Source: Antedon mediterranea
Taxonomy: Eukaryota; Animalia; Echinodermata
Assembly (NCBI RefSeq): GCF_964355755.1
Contig: NC_092672.1
Coordinates: 26,976,437 to 27,040,436 of the forward strand
DNA: 64,000 nt
Direction of reading: 5' to 3'
The position numbers were made by a program, and so were the translations under genes. Below, piece by piece: positions 1 through 23,200 of this stretch (position 1 is its first letter; each line of letters opens with the position of its first letter). Below the pieces are notes generated by a model, which did no database searches, was not told where the DNA came from, and was given only the letters and a program-made list of their open reading frames with translations.

Positions 1-21
1 CAATATTTGATGAATTATTAC

Positions 22-8996
<8,975 letters not shown>

Positions 8997-11213
8997 TTCA
9001 GGGGCCTAACTATCAATCCTAGTTTTGTCAAATGATAGCCTTCGACTCAACTAAACCAGAGAGTATGAAGAATATTATAGGTTCTGCCCTGCTCTTTAGC
9101 CGACAAAAAATTCCACCAAACTGATTTATAGGTATATCTATTTGTATTTATAAAGTTTAAAGGAGTGTAACATGATGCCTTTTGATAACTATATGCGTCA
9201 ATAAACTTCTGACAACTTAAAAGGTCGATTTTATGGCTTGATAAATGATGCGCGAGATAAAAGAACTTGTCGCACGTTCTAGACCAAAGGAATGCACTTT
9301 CATTATCTCTTGTATTGTTACCTTCATTCGTTTATATTATTAATTGCAGTTCAATTATTTATGCTTAAACTGTTTACTAAGTTGGTTATAGTGGTAGGTT
9401 ACTGTAGCTTGATCCTCCTGTTCGTATAATTGCCCATGGTATGATATAAAACCTTAACTAATATAATCAGACACGTTAAACTACTGGTAAACTGATTAAA
9501 CTGATCAGCGATATGTAGGCCTAGGCTTAATTTATGTCTTCCCCAAAAAGTGTTGAATCATGTGAACACCAATTTTTCGAAATTCATAATGGACAACAAT
9601 TGCTACGTATAATATGCAGATCTGTATTTAAATTCTGGACTGCAGTTCCATTGCGTCAGACCCGAAAGGTCCTGGTTTGTCTAGAAAATATGGCCTAAGA
9701 CGACTTAGGCTACGTTTACGGCTTTCGCTATCTGCGAGTGAAATCAATTATTGCAGGCGACGATTGTACACTAAAAATAGTCCCAGGAGGTCCAATAACC
9801 AATGAGAAACGTTTGTCTTCAGTAGGGCCCTGTGTTTTAAAAACTATAAGGTTATGCTCGCAGCACTCTCTTGTTGCATTTTGCATCTTCTAATTTATTT
9901 ATTTTTACTCTGTAATTAAAATACTCAAATTATTTTAGGCGCTTCATGTATTTCCTTTGGGAAAAAAATCCAAGGTTTGCAGTTTACAGATAGGGTGCCA
10001 CCTATCGATTTTAGGGTAACTTGTTATAAATAGTATACTGCCCTCAAGTCGAAACCTGCTTACTTTTCTAAACAGCGTTTTGTATTTTACATACACACTA
10101 TTAGGCAGAATCTATATAGCGCCTTTCTAATTATTTATTATGAATATACATGACACGATAATATACGTATGGCACGTGTACAACTGTTCCAATTAGGCCT
10201 AATCGTTCTCTCCAAACAAGCAATTTTTGTACTTACATAATATTTATCAGGGCACTCTTCCTTAATATTTATATAATGAAATAGAGCTAAAAGAGTGATT
10301 CATTTTCCATGTATAAAGTTTGTTCTTTATAACCATTTAGTGTATAGTAGTAGCACACCTGGGTGTGGATGTCATGTTGATCCGTCGATTAATCATGTTC
10401 AGTGTACACAATACCTCTGTCAATATAATTTCCTTTTCGTTCAGCACGATATTGATTAATAAATTGTCTGTTATAATACGATATATCAACTGTACAAATA
10501 CGAAAAATTACATTTATTTCTTTATTTTGAAAATAGTCAAGTAGTATCTTGACTGTTCAGTCTTAATTCAATTATATCTTGTAACATATCGTTATTTATT
10601 TTGTACTATTTACTCATTTTTATTATTTTGTATATATTTAGACAAGTTGCCAAGGATAATCATGAGCAAATCCATTCACTGTAGCCTTTTAATTCTTTTT
10701 TCACAGGACAAACATTATACTCTTTGATATAATCTTGGAAGTGGAGTTTTTGTTGATTTTAACCCAGGACCCTGGGATAGGTACCGGTATCTTAACCACC
10801 AGGCTAAAATCAAATTGATTAGTCTTTGAATTCGTTTGTTTTGAAAATGTTAAAGCACTGTATTTGAGATATTAGAGTTGTTGAGTGAGAACCTATTGAA
10901 ACTCAATGTAGCGTCCAGCGCTATTACGATTGCAGTTATTGAATGAAAAGCAAACAGAGAAATAACTGGTTGAGATGACTCAGTTTCGTCAATTCACGTC
11001 TGAATGAATACAACCTATTATGGTTCAGTAAAGCGGATCGTTATTAGCGAACAAAAGAACTCGCCCTGTGTTTAAGTTGTATAGTAGTCTTTTCATATGC
11101 ATATTTTATAAAATAGGTGGCTTGGTACAAACCTATACCTGAAGTGCCTAAAGCCGGTGGTGGTTGTGACAGCCATAGCATACGTACACACGAACGGCTA
11201 TACATCTGTCAGA
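8997..11213. promoter_or_regulatory. Divergent (possibly bidirectional) promoter region between genes A and B
   Basis: 2.2 kb between two outward-facing ATGs; TATA-like TATAAAA at ~11107 (+) and TATAAA at ~9125-9130 (-). Transcription starts cannot be determined from sequence. Confidence 0.5.
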
Positions 11214-14200
11214 ATGGATATAATAATATTATTCTCGTTGTTGGCATTTATATCATCTGTTGAATCTTTCCCATCTGGAGCTGTTTCTTCTTCCTGTGGC
11301 TCTCTTCTTCCATCTCACACGCCTAATGTCCAAAGTCAATCTATCTCACCGTATTCTATAGTAACTTCATCTTCAAGTTACAACGCTGATCAAACCGTAA
11401 CAGGTAAGTGTAACCTTCTAATACATGTTAGAAAATAAAAATTATAATATATTTTATCATTTTGATCAATATGACGATTATTATTTACTTGATTGGTGAT
11501 CTGGTACTGTATTTTAGGTCTACTCTTGGTTTTTTTCATCTTTAATCTTGTGAAAAAACAAACTTCACTTATATGAAAGCATATTTTAAATGTTTCTTTC
11601 TATATGTGTTACTCAAAAAGCCAGATTTTCATAAGATTTCAAAGGAAGTTTTCATAGCTGTATGGGAACACATATTTTTATATTTCTAGTCCCAAGGTTT
11701 GCGCTGTACCAACATTCAAACTGTATTTTTATTTTATTAATTTACAATCTTTCTACATAAACAAGAGGTTAAAGACTTCTATGGTTGAAGGCTATCAAGG
11801 ATAAGCATAACAAAACATAGCAATTAATATGGCACAGTACATGGTTATTAAATAATACAGCACGGTATATCAATATGGTTTGAACACGCGAGAGTAAAAT
11901 TATTAATAGTTTCCCTGTTGTTTCGAGCCACCTCGAATAAATAATATAGATACTGGTTCATTTGATTAGAATCATCTCTTGAATTGTAAACACGGTTGAA
12001 GCATTTTATGAAAATTTTGTTTATGGATATCGGTGCTATGTATGTGATTTAAAATTTTATAAACTAATTCAATGCTAAATTAGACAGAATACATTTTACC
12101 CATTAACTCCTCCCTATCTCAATTTTCACCCTTCTAATATTACCCAAACCCCACAGATCATTGGCTAATTCAGGGAGTTGTAATTAGAGAGCTCGATGGT
12201 GAATTCTTTTGTTATCCCAGATTTTGAAATAATGTGGGAATACCAGTTAAGGCCTGACCATGGACCTATAAATTAGTAATAATTTATAGGTCCATGGTCT
12301 AACCAAATATATATGTTCCAATTGAATTCCAGTAAATGCCCTAGATCTGTGAACATTGTCTACGATTATGAGCATATCAATGCTATTGAAGCTTAATGTC
12401 GTTCGCCTGGAAAAATACCAATTGTTATTTTGCAGGACCTATGCTATTTTAATGTCATATTATCAAAAATTAGATCGACAAAAAACCCCAAATTATTTAC
12501 AAAAAAAAACTGTACTTTCAAGAAAACAAAATCGTTAACTGAAGCCGATTAATTTCAACAAAAAGAACTGCAGATAATGGACTTTTTAATGAATTTAACT
12601 GTTTATTTCGCTTTTTATCATATTTGATTGAAGTGAAAATTGAATGCAGTCTTCATTGTTGTTTGGGAGGAACCAATATATCGTTAAATATAATGTACAT
12701 TATAGACCACTATAATATTATCTCAATGCTAAGAGATACTAGAGTTTTAATCTCCAAACCACACACCTTCCATTACTCGTATTAGGCCTACCCAGTGTCC
12801 ACACCCTTCATTGGTAAATCATGTGTGAGATGCGATGCTTCAATACAGGTGGAATGTGTATCATTGTCAGCGTCACTTGCCGTTGACAATTTAAGCCATT
12901 GTATTCTAACCACCCAAGCATTCACTGAGAAACAACACTAACGTGAATACAGCAGTACATAGAAAAAGTCATTTTACTATAGCATGTTATTATAACAACC
13001 TGTTATTAACAACAACAATTGAAATTTAAACACATAAGATTTGTTTTTGCATTCTAGAAAAAAGAAAGAAAGTAACAAAATAAAATCTAGAAAATTGAGT
13101 AGTTACCTTTTTGCTCCTTCAATGTACCGATGCTTTTTAAAAATTATAGTGTCTAATTTATATGTCCATTTAAAACTTGACAGAATTTTGTTTTGAAAAC
13201 TGAAATAGAACTATAATAAAAAGAAAAATAAACAGTAAAAATTACACACAACAATTACACTAACGCAGAAATGAATACAACAGCACAAACAAAACAACAA
13301 AGTTCTCTGATAAAAAATGACTAAAAGATTAAAAATTGTCAATGCTTTTATAATAACGATAATAATCCAAGATATATTCCATATTCATCAAAAGGCTACT
13401 CCAACCATGGAGCTATGTATAGCTCTATGCTAATGATGTGCTTATATGTAGGCCTACCTTTTATTGTATATTTTTACTTTTTTTTAATATGTTACGAATT
13501 TTGTGTGAAAATAAAGAATAGCTACTCAGATGACTCGATGACTTAACTGTGTCAATGTTGTGATCCAAGCAACAATGATGCATTATCAGTATTGTTTATC
13601 ATATTCTACACAAATCCATATCTATTTTGAATCGTATCGAGGAGGAAATACGGGACAACCCCACTGATTGCAGTGCTGTCTGATCGTAGGTGTACGGTGT
13701 ACGGTATATTTTAAACACAATTTTGAGGTTCGAGAGTGGAGATATTATAGATAAAATCGACACGAGAAAAATAATAGCAAAGTAGGCCATACAAAATGTA
13801 TCATTTTTAAACATCAAAGATTTTGCTTTCTTTTCTTCTTTTGCATTTTGTATATAGTACTGTATGCTATAATAGACCTATGGTACGATTTATTGACTCG
13901 TGTGCGGTCTGATGCTTTGAAGTGCAAATCGATTTTTTTTATTTGGATTCTGTACCAGTGTGAGCATGGCTTGAAGAGGAAATACCAACAATACGTGTAT
14001 TCAATTTTTTCTAAAGACAATTCATACTACATGTATATGAAATAATCCGTTCCTTGTGCTGATTTTAATCTCAATATATTTGTATTATAATAACATTTTG
14101 ATTGTATTTCTTTCAATCAATGAATTGAAATGAGCAATCTTGTGTCGGGCAAGCCTGGCTTATATTTTTAATAATTTCTATTTTCTAAATTGCATTTGGT

Positions 14201-17200
14201 CCTTTTTTTATTCTTATTACTCTTATACCACCATTCCCTTTTGGTTACTTTTTGGCAATGAACCTGTTCAGTTTTCTGTGTACAAGTCTCAATAAGAATT
14301 CCAAATCGATGGTTATTTATATGATTATTTGTTTTTTTTATTTAAGTTTGCAATTATTTTGTATATGATGTTAATTTTTGGGCAATTTTCATGGGACGTT
14401 ACTTGGCGTTGCCGATCTTGGGTACTTTCTCGCTCACCGAGTTTAGTTCATCAGCCGTCGTGCCTGATCCGAGAACTGTCATTAACTTTTCTGCAATATT
14501 GACACACCTTTTTATAAAAAATTCCAATACTTCTATTGGGTATTCATACTGTACAATGAATGTATAATTGTTGACAATATTTCCAACTATTGAATAGGTA
14601 ACATGACCTGATTCTTTCATTGGCTTGATTCCATTGAAACTATGAAGGAAAGTGAATTATCGTCCAGCCAGGATTTTACGCTGGAAGAATTGTTAAAGAT
14701 ATTGAAAATTCCAAGTTAAACACAATAACGACACATTTCTATAGGTCTACTGTAGGCCCCCATGTGACACTGATTTACTCCGGAAACAATGAATGTGTGT
14801 AAAACCTCCGATGATATGTTTCCAACTTTCTTTCTTAGTAATGTGTTGTCATATTATTATTATTCCAGGGAGGTATAGGCCTACCTCCATTATCATTCAA
14901 TATCATTTTGTTCCTATCCCACTGTACACCTTTCAAGATATCCCTTATCTATCAACTTAGTTTAATATTATACTTAGTTAATGTCATGTTATATTAATAA
15001 TTGCTTTCTCTTAATTTTTTTTAGTTACAATACAAATTACAACTCGGTACAGGGGCATCCTACTACAAGCGAGACGAACAAATGGAGACATTACTCCAGT
15101 TGGAACTTGGGGGACGCCTCCAACTGAATTTAAGCTCATGCAATGTTCAGCACCAGGAGACTCTATCACACATGACAATTCAAATGATAAAACAACAAGT
15201 TATTCATTTATCTGGAATCCACCAGCTAATGTAGAAGATGTACATTTTATGTAAGTATTGCGTAATCAAAGGCAGTAGTATCATTTGTGACAACCTTTGT
15301 AGGACCTACTGTATGAACCACCTGTAGCTGCCCATGTAATTCATAGGCCATACGATATGCCCAAATATACTTAGTTTGTTTTTATCAAAAGTCTTTATGT
15401 CCAACTACAGTAGCAAATGTGCTGACACAGGTGTGCGAGAGGCAAAAAACAAAAACAAAAACAAAAATCTAGTACGAATTTACTGCTTTGTACACATTTG
15501 ATTGGTTTGCAGTCAAAAGTGAGGGGGAACCATCTCCTCCCAGTCTAAACAATGTACAGTATGTAGGAAGGTCCTCCCGTCCCCTGGATCTCCGCCAGTC
15601 ATGACAACTAGTGAAGCCCCAGCATATCTCATTACATTACGAATGTGAAGGAGTTTTTAAAATACCTTTACAGTACATATTGACTGATACTGTAGATATA
15701 TTACAGGAATTTATGATTCATATCATTATTATTTATTACAGAATTTTAATACAAAATTTTAAATTATATTCATCTCATTGATATATTGTTCTGTTTATTA
15801 ATAAAAATAAGATTATATTTTAGTATGGTGCATGAATTATGTTGCATACATATTCATTATAATCTAAACTCTTACATAAAAATCCAGTTTTGTCCTCACA
15901 CATTGTTAAAAGGTTTCCATGGCAACATGCTACAATGTATTGATTTTTTACTTTCATTAATCAGGTTGCCGTATTTTACAGAGGTTGCCATGCTGTATTT
16001 TTTTTGATATGATTATTAATATACTATTTTATATAGTGTTTTATATGAATTAACAATGTCAGCATTATTATCTTATACAGTAATCTGTTGTTGTTTTGTT
16101 TTTGTTTTATAATTCTACAATTTACCACAATCTAATTTCTATCGCCTTTACACACATTAATTCAATTATGAATATTCAATTTTTTTACTTATTAATAATA
16201 AAGTATTTATTCAGATAATATTATTAAACAGCAGTCGGGAGGCTTAAATTGTTGGGTTTACAAAAAAAAGAGTTAGCCTTATCTATATTAACAAAATAAA
16301 AACATACAAGGATGTTGTTTAAATACAATACAGATTAAACAATTCTAAATGAATATTTCCAATTGATGAAAAAGAAACACTACCACAATAATATACGATA
16401 TTAATGAAGATCGATCAATATTAATATAAAAATACCCGGTACAGCAAAATATTAAGTTTTTATACAGTTAATCAAAAAATTCAATTGAGTTAAGGTAAAA
16501 TGCATTTAAAATTACAGCATGACCGTCAGCATCATCACTTGTCAATTTGTATTTTTTGTTTTTATACCAATACTATTATTTCTGCATCCGTAGTTCCTGC
16601 GTGGGTTTCTATCGTCAATTGCTGTTGATAATTTAATTTTAAAATCTTATATTATTGTAGTTTTTTCTTTATTTCCATAGGGCCACAGTTGTTCAAAACT
16701 TCTCAACATTTTGGGCAAGCATACGTTCACCCGTTGTAACAGGTAGGCATCAAAGTTGTTATATACTGTATGAGCTGCAGCAGCAATTTCCACATATTTC
16801 ACATTTTTAATTTGATATATTTTGTTGGTTTATGGATTAAACTCATAAATTAGTTATTTGTATCTGTATTTGAAAATGTTAAAGTTAAATATTTGTCTCT
16901 TCGTATTTGCATAAATTTGTATTTTATACATCAAGTTTAATAATGTCAAAATTATAATACATAATAAACCTAAAATGCATATTGTACTGTATGTCAATCA
17001 TGAATATAAAACAAAAATAAATAGTTGAATGTGACTATAAATAGGGGCTTACAGTGCATTTCCAGAAACTAAATTCAATATAACTACAGTCTGTATACAG
17101 CATAATGTGTCTTACAGTTTCTGTATTGGAATTTGTAAAATTGTACATTTTGCAAATTGGCAACCGCAGCTGAAATAGGCGGCATTATGAAATACATATA

Positions 17201-20200
17201 AACATTCATACAAAATATGAAGACACACAAAAAAAAAACATGCGATAATTTCTAAAAGCAAACAGTTATTGCTAAAGCAAATTCAAGTTATGAACTATCC
17301 CTAAATAATAGATTTAAACATTCATCAATTTATTCAAACGTTATTATTTAAGGTCAAGGTATGTAATAATATTCATTTATGGTGACATCATAGTCTTATT
17401 CGTACTAATACAATATTTGTAATTTACAAAGATCCTACACATTCAATACAGCTCTGGTAATGTCAACAAGAGAGGGAGTGTTCAAATAAACCTACAGAAT
17501 AAAACATTTACTTTAGATCTGTGTATAGTATCTAAAGATCAATAGAATTGTACATGTACTTTTCTTGTATTTAGAGGAACTGCTTATTTTCATCATTAGA
17601 ACAGGGAGATGTAAAATAATTTGTCATTATTAGACTTCTTGGAATAGGAATTAAACATGAGGTTCAATTAAAATACATTATATGGTTTGTGTTAAACCCA
17701 CACTGTGCATCGTTTGGATCTTAATGGTCCATTTCAGCCCAACCCTATCTGTTATTCACTTTGTTATGATCAGACCCTATTTCACAATTGAATGAAAAGA
17801 AGTGTTTATTAGAATTCTTTCGATTGTACAGTATATATATATATATGCAGTATATATACACATTAGGCACAGATATTAATTCTAAATACAGTATATATTT
17901 TTAGTTGATTATACTTTTTACTGTACAGTTCTTGTCAATTATATTGTTGGTATATTAAAATTAATATTCTTAATTTTAAAATCATTCTCTATGCTATGTA
18001 TATTTGTATATCTTATTTTATGCTATAAGCGCACTGTTGGATTGAAATAAATAAAGAACAACTGCTTAATATGATTATTAAAGTTACATTTACCTGTTTT
18101 ATTTATAGCTATACAAATGGCTACAACTGGTTGTAGCAGCAATCCATGTCTAAATGGTGCAATTTGTTTTACGCTGTCTGGTGACAATCAAGATTATTTT
18201 TGTTCATGCAGTTCAGGATACACAGGCACAAACTGTGAAACAGGTAATGAAAACAAATTGTTTGCACATCTTCAATTAAAGTTATTTATCCTATTTAGAA
18301 ATCAGCTCTTTACAGTAGTGGCACCATTTTGCCATAAGGAAACTCTGTTAGTAGTCCATAGGAAGTGGGATTGGAAGACAAGTAGGCTATGCAAGGCTTC
18401 ATTATTCTTTTATGTTAGAGAAATTAAAATTAGAGAAATTGTGGTACTATAGTGACGTGTATGCCTACTGACATCGAAAGATTGTGGCCCTCATTTTCCT
18501 ATAAGGAAATTCCTGGTATGTTATTGTTTTTTATGTCTCTTACTTTCGTCTAAATTGATTTTGAACATACTGAATATTCTATATAATTATCTTGTATTGC
18601 TATATTGATAGTGTTAAGCTTGATTAGCTTTTATAATCATGTCGTATTACTCCTTGTCAATGTATGTATTTTTTCTTGTTCTTATTGACAATAATAAAGT
18701 TGAAAGTAATTGTAATGGATGGCAAGCATTTGAGGCTTTCTTGATGCTTCAGCACTACAATGTATAATTTATTTATATTTCTTTTAATTATAGTAAGTAC
18801 TGACGTCTGTAATCCATCTCCGTGTTTAAATGGAGGAGGTTGTTTACCTACAAGTGGTGGTAGTTATTTTTGTAATTGCCCTTCTTCTTATTCTGGTACA
18901 AACTGTGAGACATCAAGTAAGTATTTTTAACTAACTTTTACTGCTATTATCTTCTACTGTAGTTCTTTTTTGGATTTCTTTTTGTCGTCTTCACCAGTTG
19001 TTTATTATCGCATCATTAATATAATCACTTGATTATTATTCATATGTAGATATCAAATTAGGTTGCTTAAAGGGAGAACAAACCAACTCTAAACTGGGCC
19101 GTTTTTCGTAAAAATTTTTATTTACAAATTCAGCTAACGCTAGGGGCTGGGACTTGAAGTCTTGTTTTCTAAGAGTAAATTTGGTACATTTATTTCCTAT
19201 AGTAATAGATTCTGGTTTTCAGAGAATCCGGTATCCGAATAGTTCCGACTGTATTTTTTAGCAAATGGCAACACATCGTGTTTGCCTTTTAGTGTGACTG
19301 GTTTTTGGATAATAAAAGTGAACAAATTTAGAAAATTAATCATAAATTTTTTTTACCACATTTGAACACTTGACTCAAAATTTCTGGTGATCCAGGTATT
19401 TGACAAATTCAACATTTGACCTGAACAATTACTTAATGTGCATTTGCCATTAATGTATTGGTTTAATTTTTGTATTTTATTAGATGCTTGTAACAGTTTT
19501 CCATGTCTTAACGGAGGTACATGTACATCGAGCTCCACGGGTTACACATGTTCCTGTCCTGCATCAATCTCTGGAAGTAACTGTGAAGTCGGTAATTAAA
19601 TAATAACTTACTTTCATTTCAACTTATTAAGACGGCACGATATGTTTTTAAAAGAGAGAAAATATATTGACTTTAACATGGGTGAAGTTTTGCACGTGGG
19701 CAATTAACAAGAATCACATTATCTTTCTCATGGCATAAAGGTGTAAAATTCATACTTGACAAAATAGGAATTGAAAAAATACGTTGCTTTTTCTAAGGTT
19801 TAGTGTGTTTTAGGTGTTTTTACTTCAAATATGCTTGACCAATATAACATGGTATCGATATAGGCTATGTTATTGGACCAATGCAATCTTGCCTTGATTA
19901 GACTCTACTCCAATTAATAATTGTATGCCATGATCATAAAATGGTGGTAGCTTTGCATTTCTTTCTCTTTTCTCTACTAGGGCCTACAGTCCATTTACCA
20001 CAGCCTATATTTTTATATATCGTCTTTTTCAACTTGTGCTTCTCTTTCACTTGTTCCGATTTTAGACCAAGTTGATTATTATTATAATCCAATAGACTCT
20101 ATACTAAAGCTACTCGAACTAGTTAATATAGGTCCTATCTGAAAGAAGTTTACTATTATTTGGATAGTTTCAAATATATTATTACTGACATGAACTTTAA

Positions 20201-23200
20201 AAATAACCTTTTAATGCGATCATAGTTGGGAGTATATGCACTCCTAATCCATGTGGATCTGGAATATGTGAGGCATCAGGTACTCACTATACATGCTTGT
20301 GTCCTGATGGAACAATAACAGATGATTGTGATACACAGGGTAAGTACTATTGGCCTATGTACTGACACATTGGAATACGCAAAGCAAACGGAAGACTTAC
20401 ATAATGCACTATTTAATGCTTACATTGTATGTCAAAATATTATTATTATTAATGTCATTTACAATCTTCTAAATTAAATTGCATGCCCTCATATCTTTCA
20501 TTAAAATAAGCTCCTGTCGGAAACCATTTCATTTCATTTGTTTGACATCATGTCTACACTACTTTTGTATAACCACAAATACGCTATTGCATACAGTGCA
20601 TAATGAACTATTTAATGCTCTCCCTCACACTATTGCATACAGAATATTCAATTAAAGCAGTCTATGACTACCACTATATATCACTATTATTTTTAGGAGA
20701 TGCTAATTTATTGTTCAACGTATGCCATTTATGTCACATTTTGTTTGGTAAAATTATGATATGGCTTATGAACAAACAAAAAACACTCATGAAAGAAGGG
20801 AAGAATTATCACTTAATCTGACACTGTAGAAGCGTAGGCTTAGATGAAGATGATTTAGTTTTGCCCTCAGTAGTTGTAGCTTTTGGTAAAAAATGTCAAA
20901 ACATTTTAAAAATGCCGTAGTATTAATGCAAACCAATATTTATCCTATTGTTAGATGCTTACCTTTTTACCTGATATGTAGATTTCATAAATTTTAAATT
21001 TATTTAAACATTTCATTTCATAAAAATATTTGCTGTTTCTCATGTTGGTTTTTGTATAATGTTTTTTTTTACAATTGCTTTTACTTTACTTTTCAAAATT
21101 TTTCTATTAATTTATATTTTCTTTTTACTGTAATTTTGTTAGATTAAATGTTACCACTTTAAATAAGATACACTATGCCTAGGCCTAGTATTGAAAGTGT
21201 ATAAAAAGATAATAAATAAGATTTCATACTAACCATACCGATATCTTTTGTGGTTTACAGGGTTTAGTTTTTCACACATACTTTAGTGCAAGATTTCTTT
21301 TATCTTACCATGATAATAATTTGTAATTTTTCTTTGCTATATGTTTTAAAAACTAGAAAAGTAAAAACAGTTCAATACTTGTTTCAACAGTGGCTAATCC
21401 GTGTTCACCTAGTCCATGTGGAGTTGGAACTTGTTTCCAAAGTAGTTCTGATGGTGGTTATTTTTGTCAATGTCCAGCAACACATTCTGGGACCAACTGT
21501 GAGATACAAGGTAAACTAGTATTGTTAAAGGCTTTGACCTATCGAAAAATGTTTTTATAGTAACACTGTGACAGAAATTGTTCTATTAATTAGGCCTACA
21601 TGGTTATTATGTGTTGATTTAACCTTATTGGTTAAAGAAACCTTTTTCCAGAATCCAAAAAATAATGCATGGGATGTGTGTAATGTAAAATTTAATTAAT
21701 TCCTATTATAAACCTCTGTCTACACATATCAAACTAATTTGACAAAAAAGTGTGATGTGTCCAAATATGGTAGTGTTTTGACATCATCGTGTATGGGCAC
21801 ATAACGATTTGTTGTCACATACAGTAAATGTTAATAGTGTAGACAACGTTTTATTTAATAATGTTTGATTTAATGATGAATCAGAGACGTAGGGGTTTTC
21901 TGCCTGGCCAATTTACATGGAACTATAGCATTCCCTGATTTCATCAATCTGATGCATTATTTCTAATTGTTTTTATCTTTTGAACATAATGAATGTTATA
22001 GAACAAAACATGAAAAATATCCTACCTGTGGCACATTAGAGTTCGTGCAATTTTAAGAATGCGATTATTTTACTTTTTGTCTATAGTTACTCTTGGATGT
22101 TCATCAAATCCTTGTGGACCTGGAACATGTTTCGAGCGATCTATCAGTGGGTATGTGTGTAGTTGTCCATCTACCCACAGTGGCACAAACTGTGAGACAG
22201 CAGTTACAGGTAATCTATTTCTTTATAAAAATCATATCATTTTGTGTATTCTGAAAAATTTATAATGTGACCTTAGAGACAGGTTAAATAAAATTGAGAA
22301 ATCAGCAGAAGGCCAAGTTCTTCATAAGAATGTACTTTATCTCTATAAGTTAAAATTTCCTACCAATTAAACAGAAAGCCAAAATGAGTCTGAAAATAAC
22401 ATTGGCAGCCATCGACAAAAAAATCTATTTTTGATAACTCAGTTATTCACCAGAATACAGGAGTTTTAAATTGCAAATGGTGGTTACCGCGTTGACTTTA
22501 TCATCATTACTTTACTATCGTCAGTATTTTTAATATAACATTTGATGGTGTTTTCTTTTATTGTTGTAGGCAGTTGTAGCCCAAATCCATGCCAGTCAGG
22601 TGGTAGCTGTGTTGTTTCTACAACTGGATATACTTGCACTTGCCCTTCTAATTACATAGGAACCAACTGCGAAACTTATAGTAAGTACTATCAAACATAT
22701 CACAACTGACTTGTTTAAAATGTATGCCACCTAGACGGCAAAGCCTCTGGTTTAGCATTCTTAAGTGGTCCTCTAGTGATGGGTAGTGGGACTACCTATG
22801 CCACGGGGCCACTGGATTTAGCCACTGAGTGTTCATAACACTGTTAAGAGCACTTCCAGTTATAATGTATAATGTTCAACTAATGATTATGAGAAGGCAG
22901 ATAAATCATCCCATTTGGTTTACAGTATATAGTTTAAAATATGCTTTATGTTATTTATAGACCATTGTGTAGGCAACGTATGCAGTGCTGGCTCAACCTG
23001 TGTTTCACTGACAACAGCTATTGGTTACACGTGTACCTGTCCAATTGGTTATAGTGGAACCTACTGTGAAAATGCTCCAGGTATGAGCAAACCCAGAGAT
23101 ACCTTTTCTACACAATTGTGGTCACTTGAAAAAAAGCCACTTGTTACCAACCTGTAAATCTAGTTTTAATGTTATATTCCAGTAATTTAATAAATGGACT

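Noticed and set aside
11157-11213. GTG-initiated N-terminal extension of gene B from the ORF track
   Set aside because: Eukaryotic gene; the ATG at 11214 directly opens a typical signal peptide.
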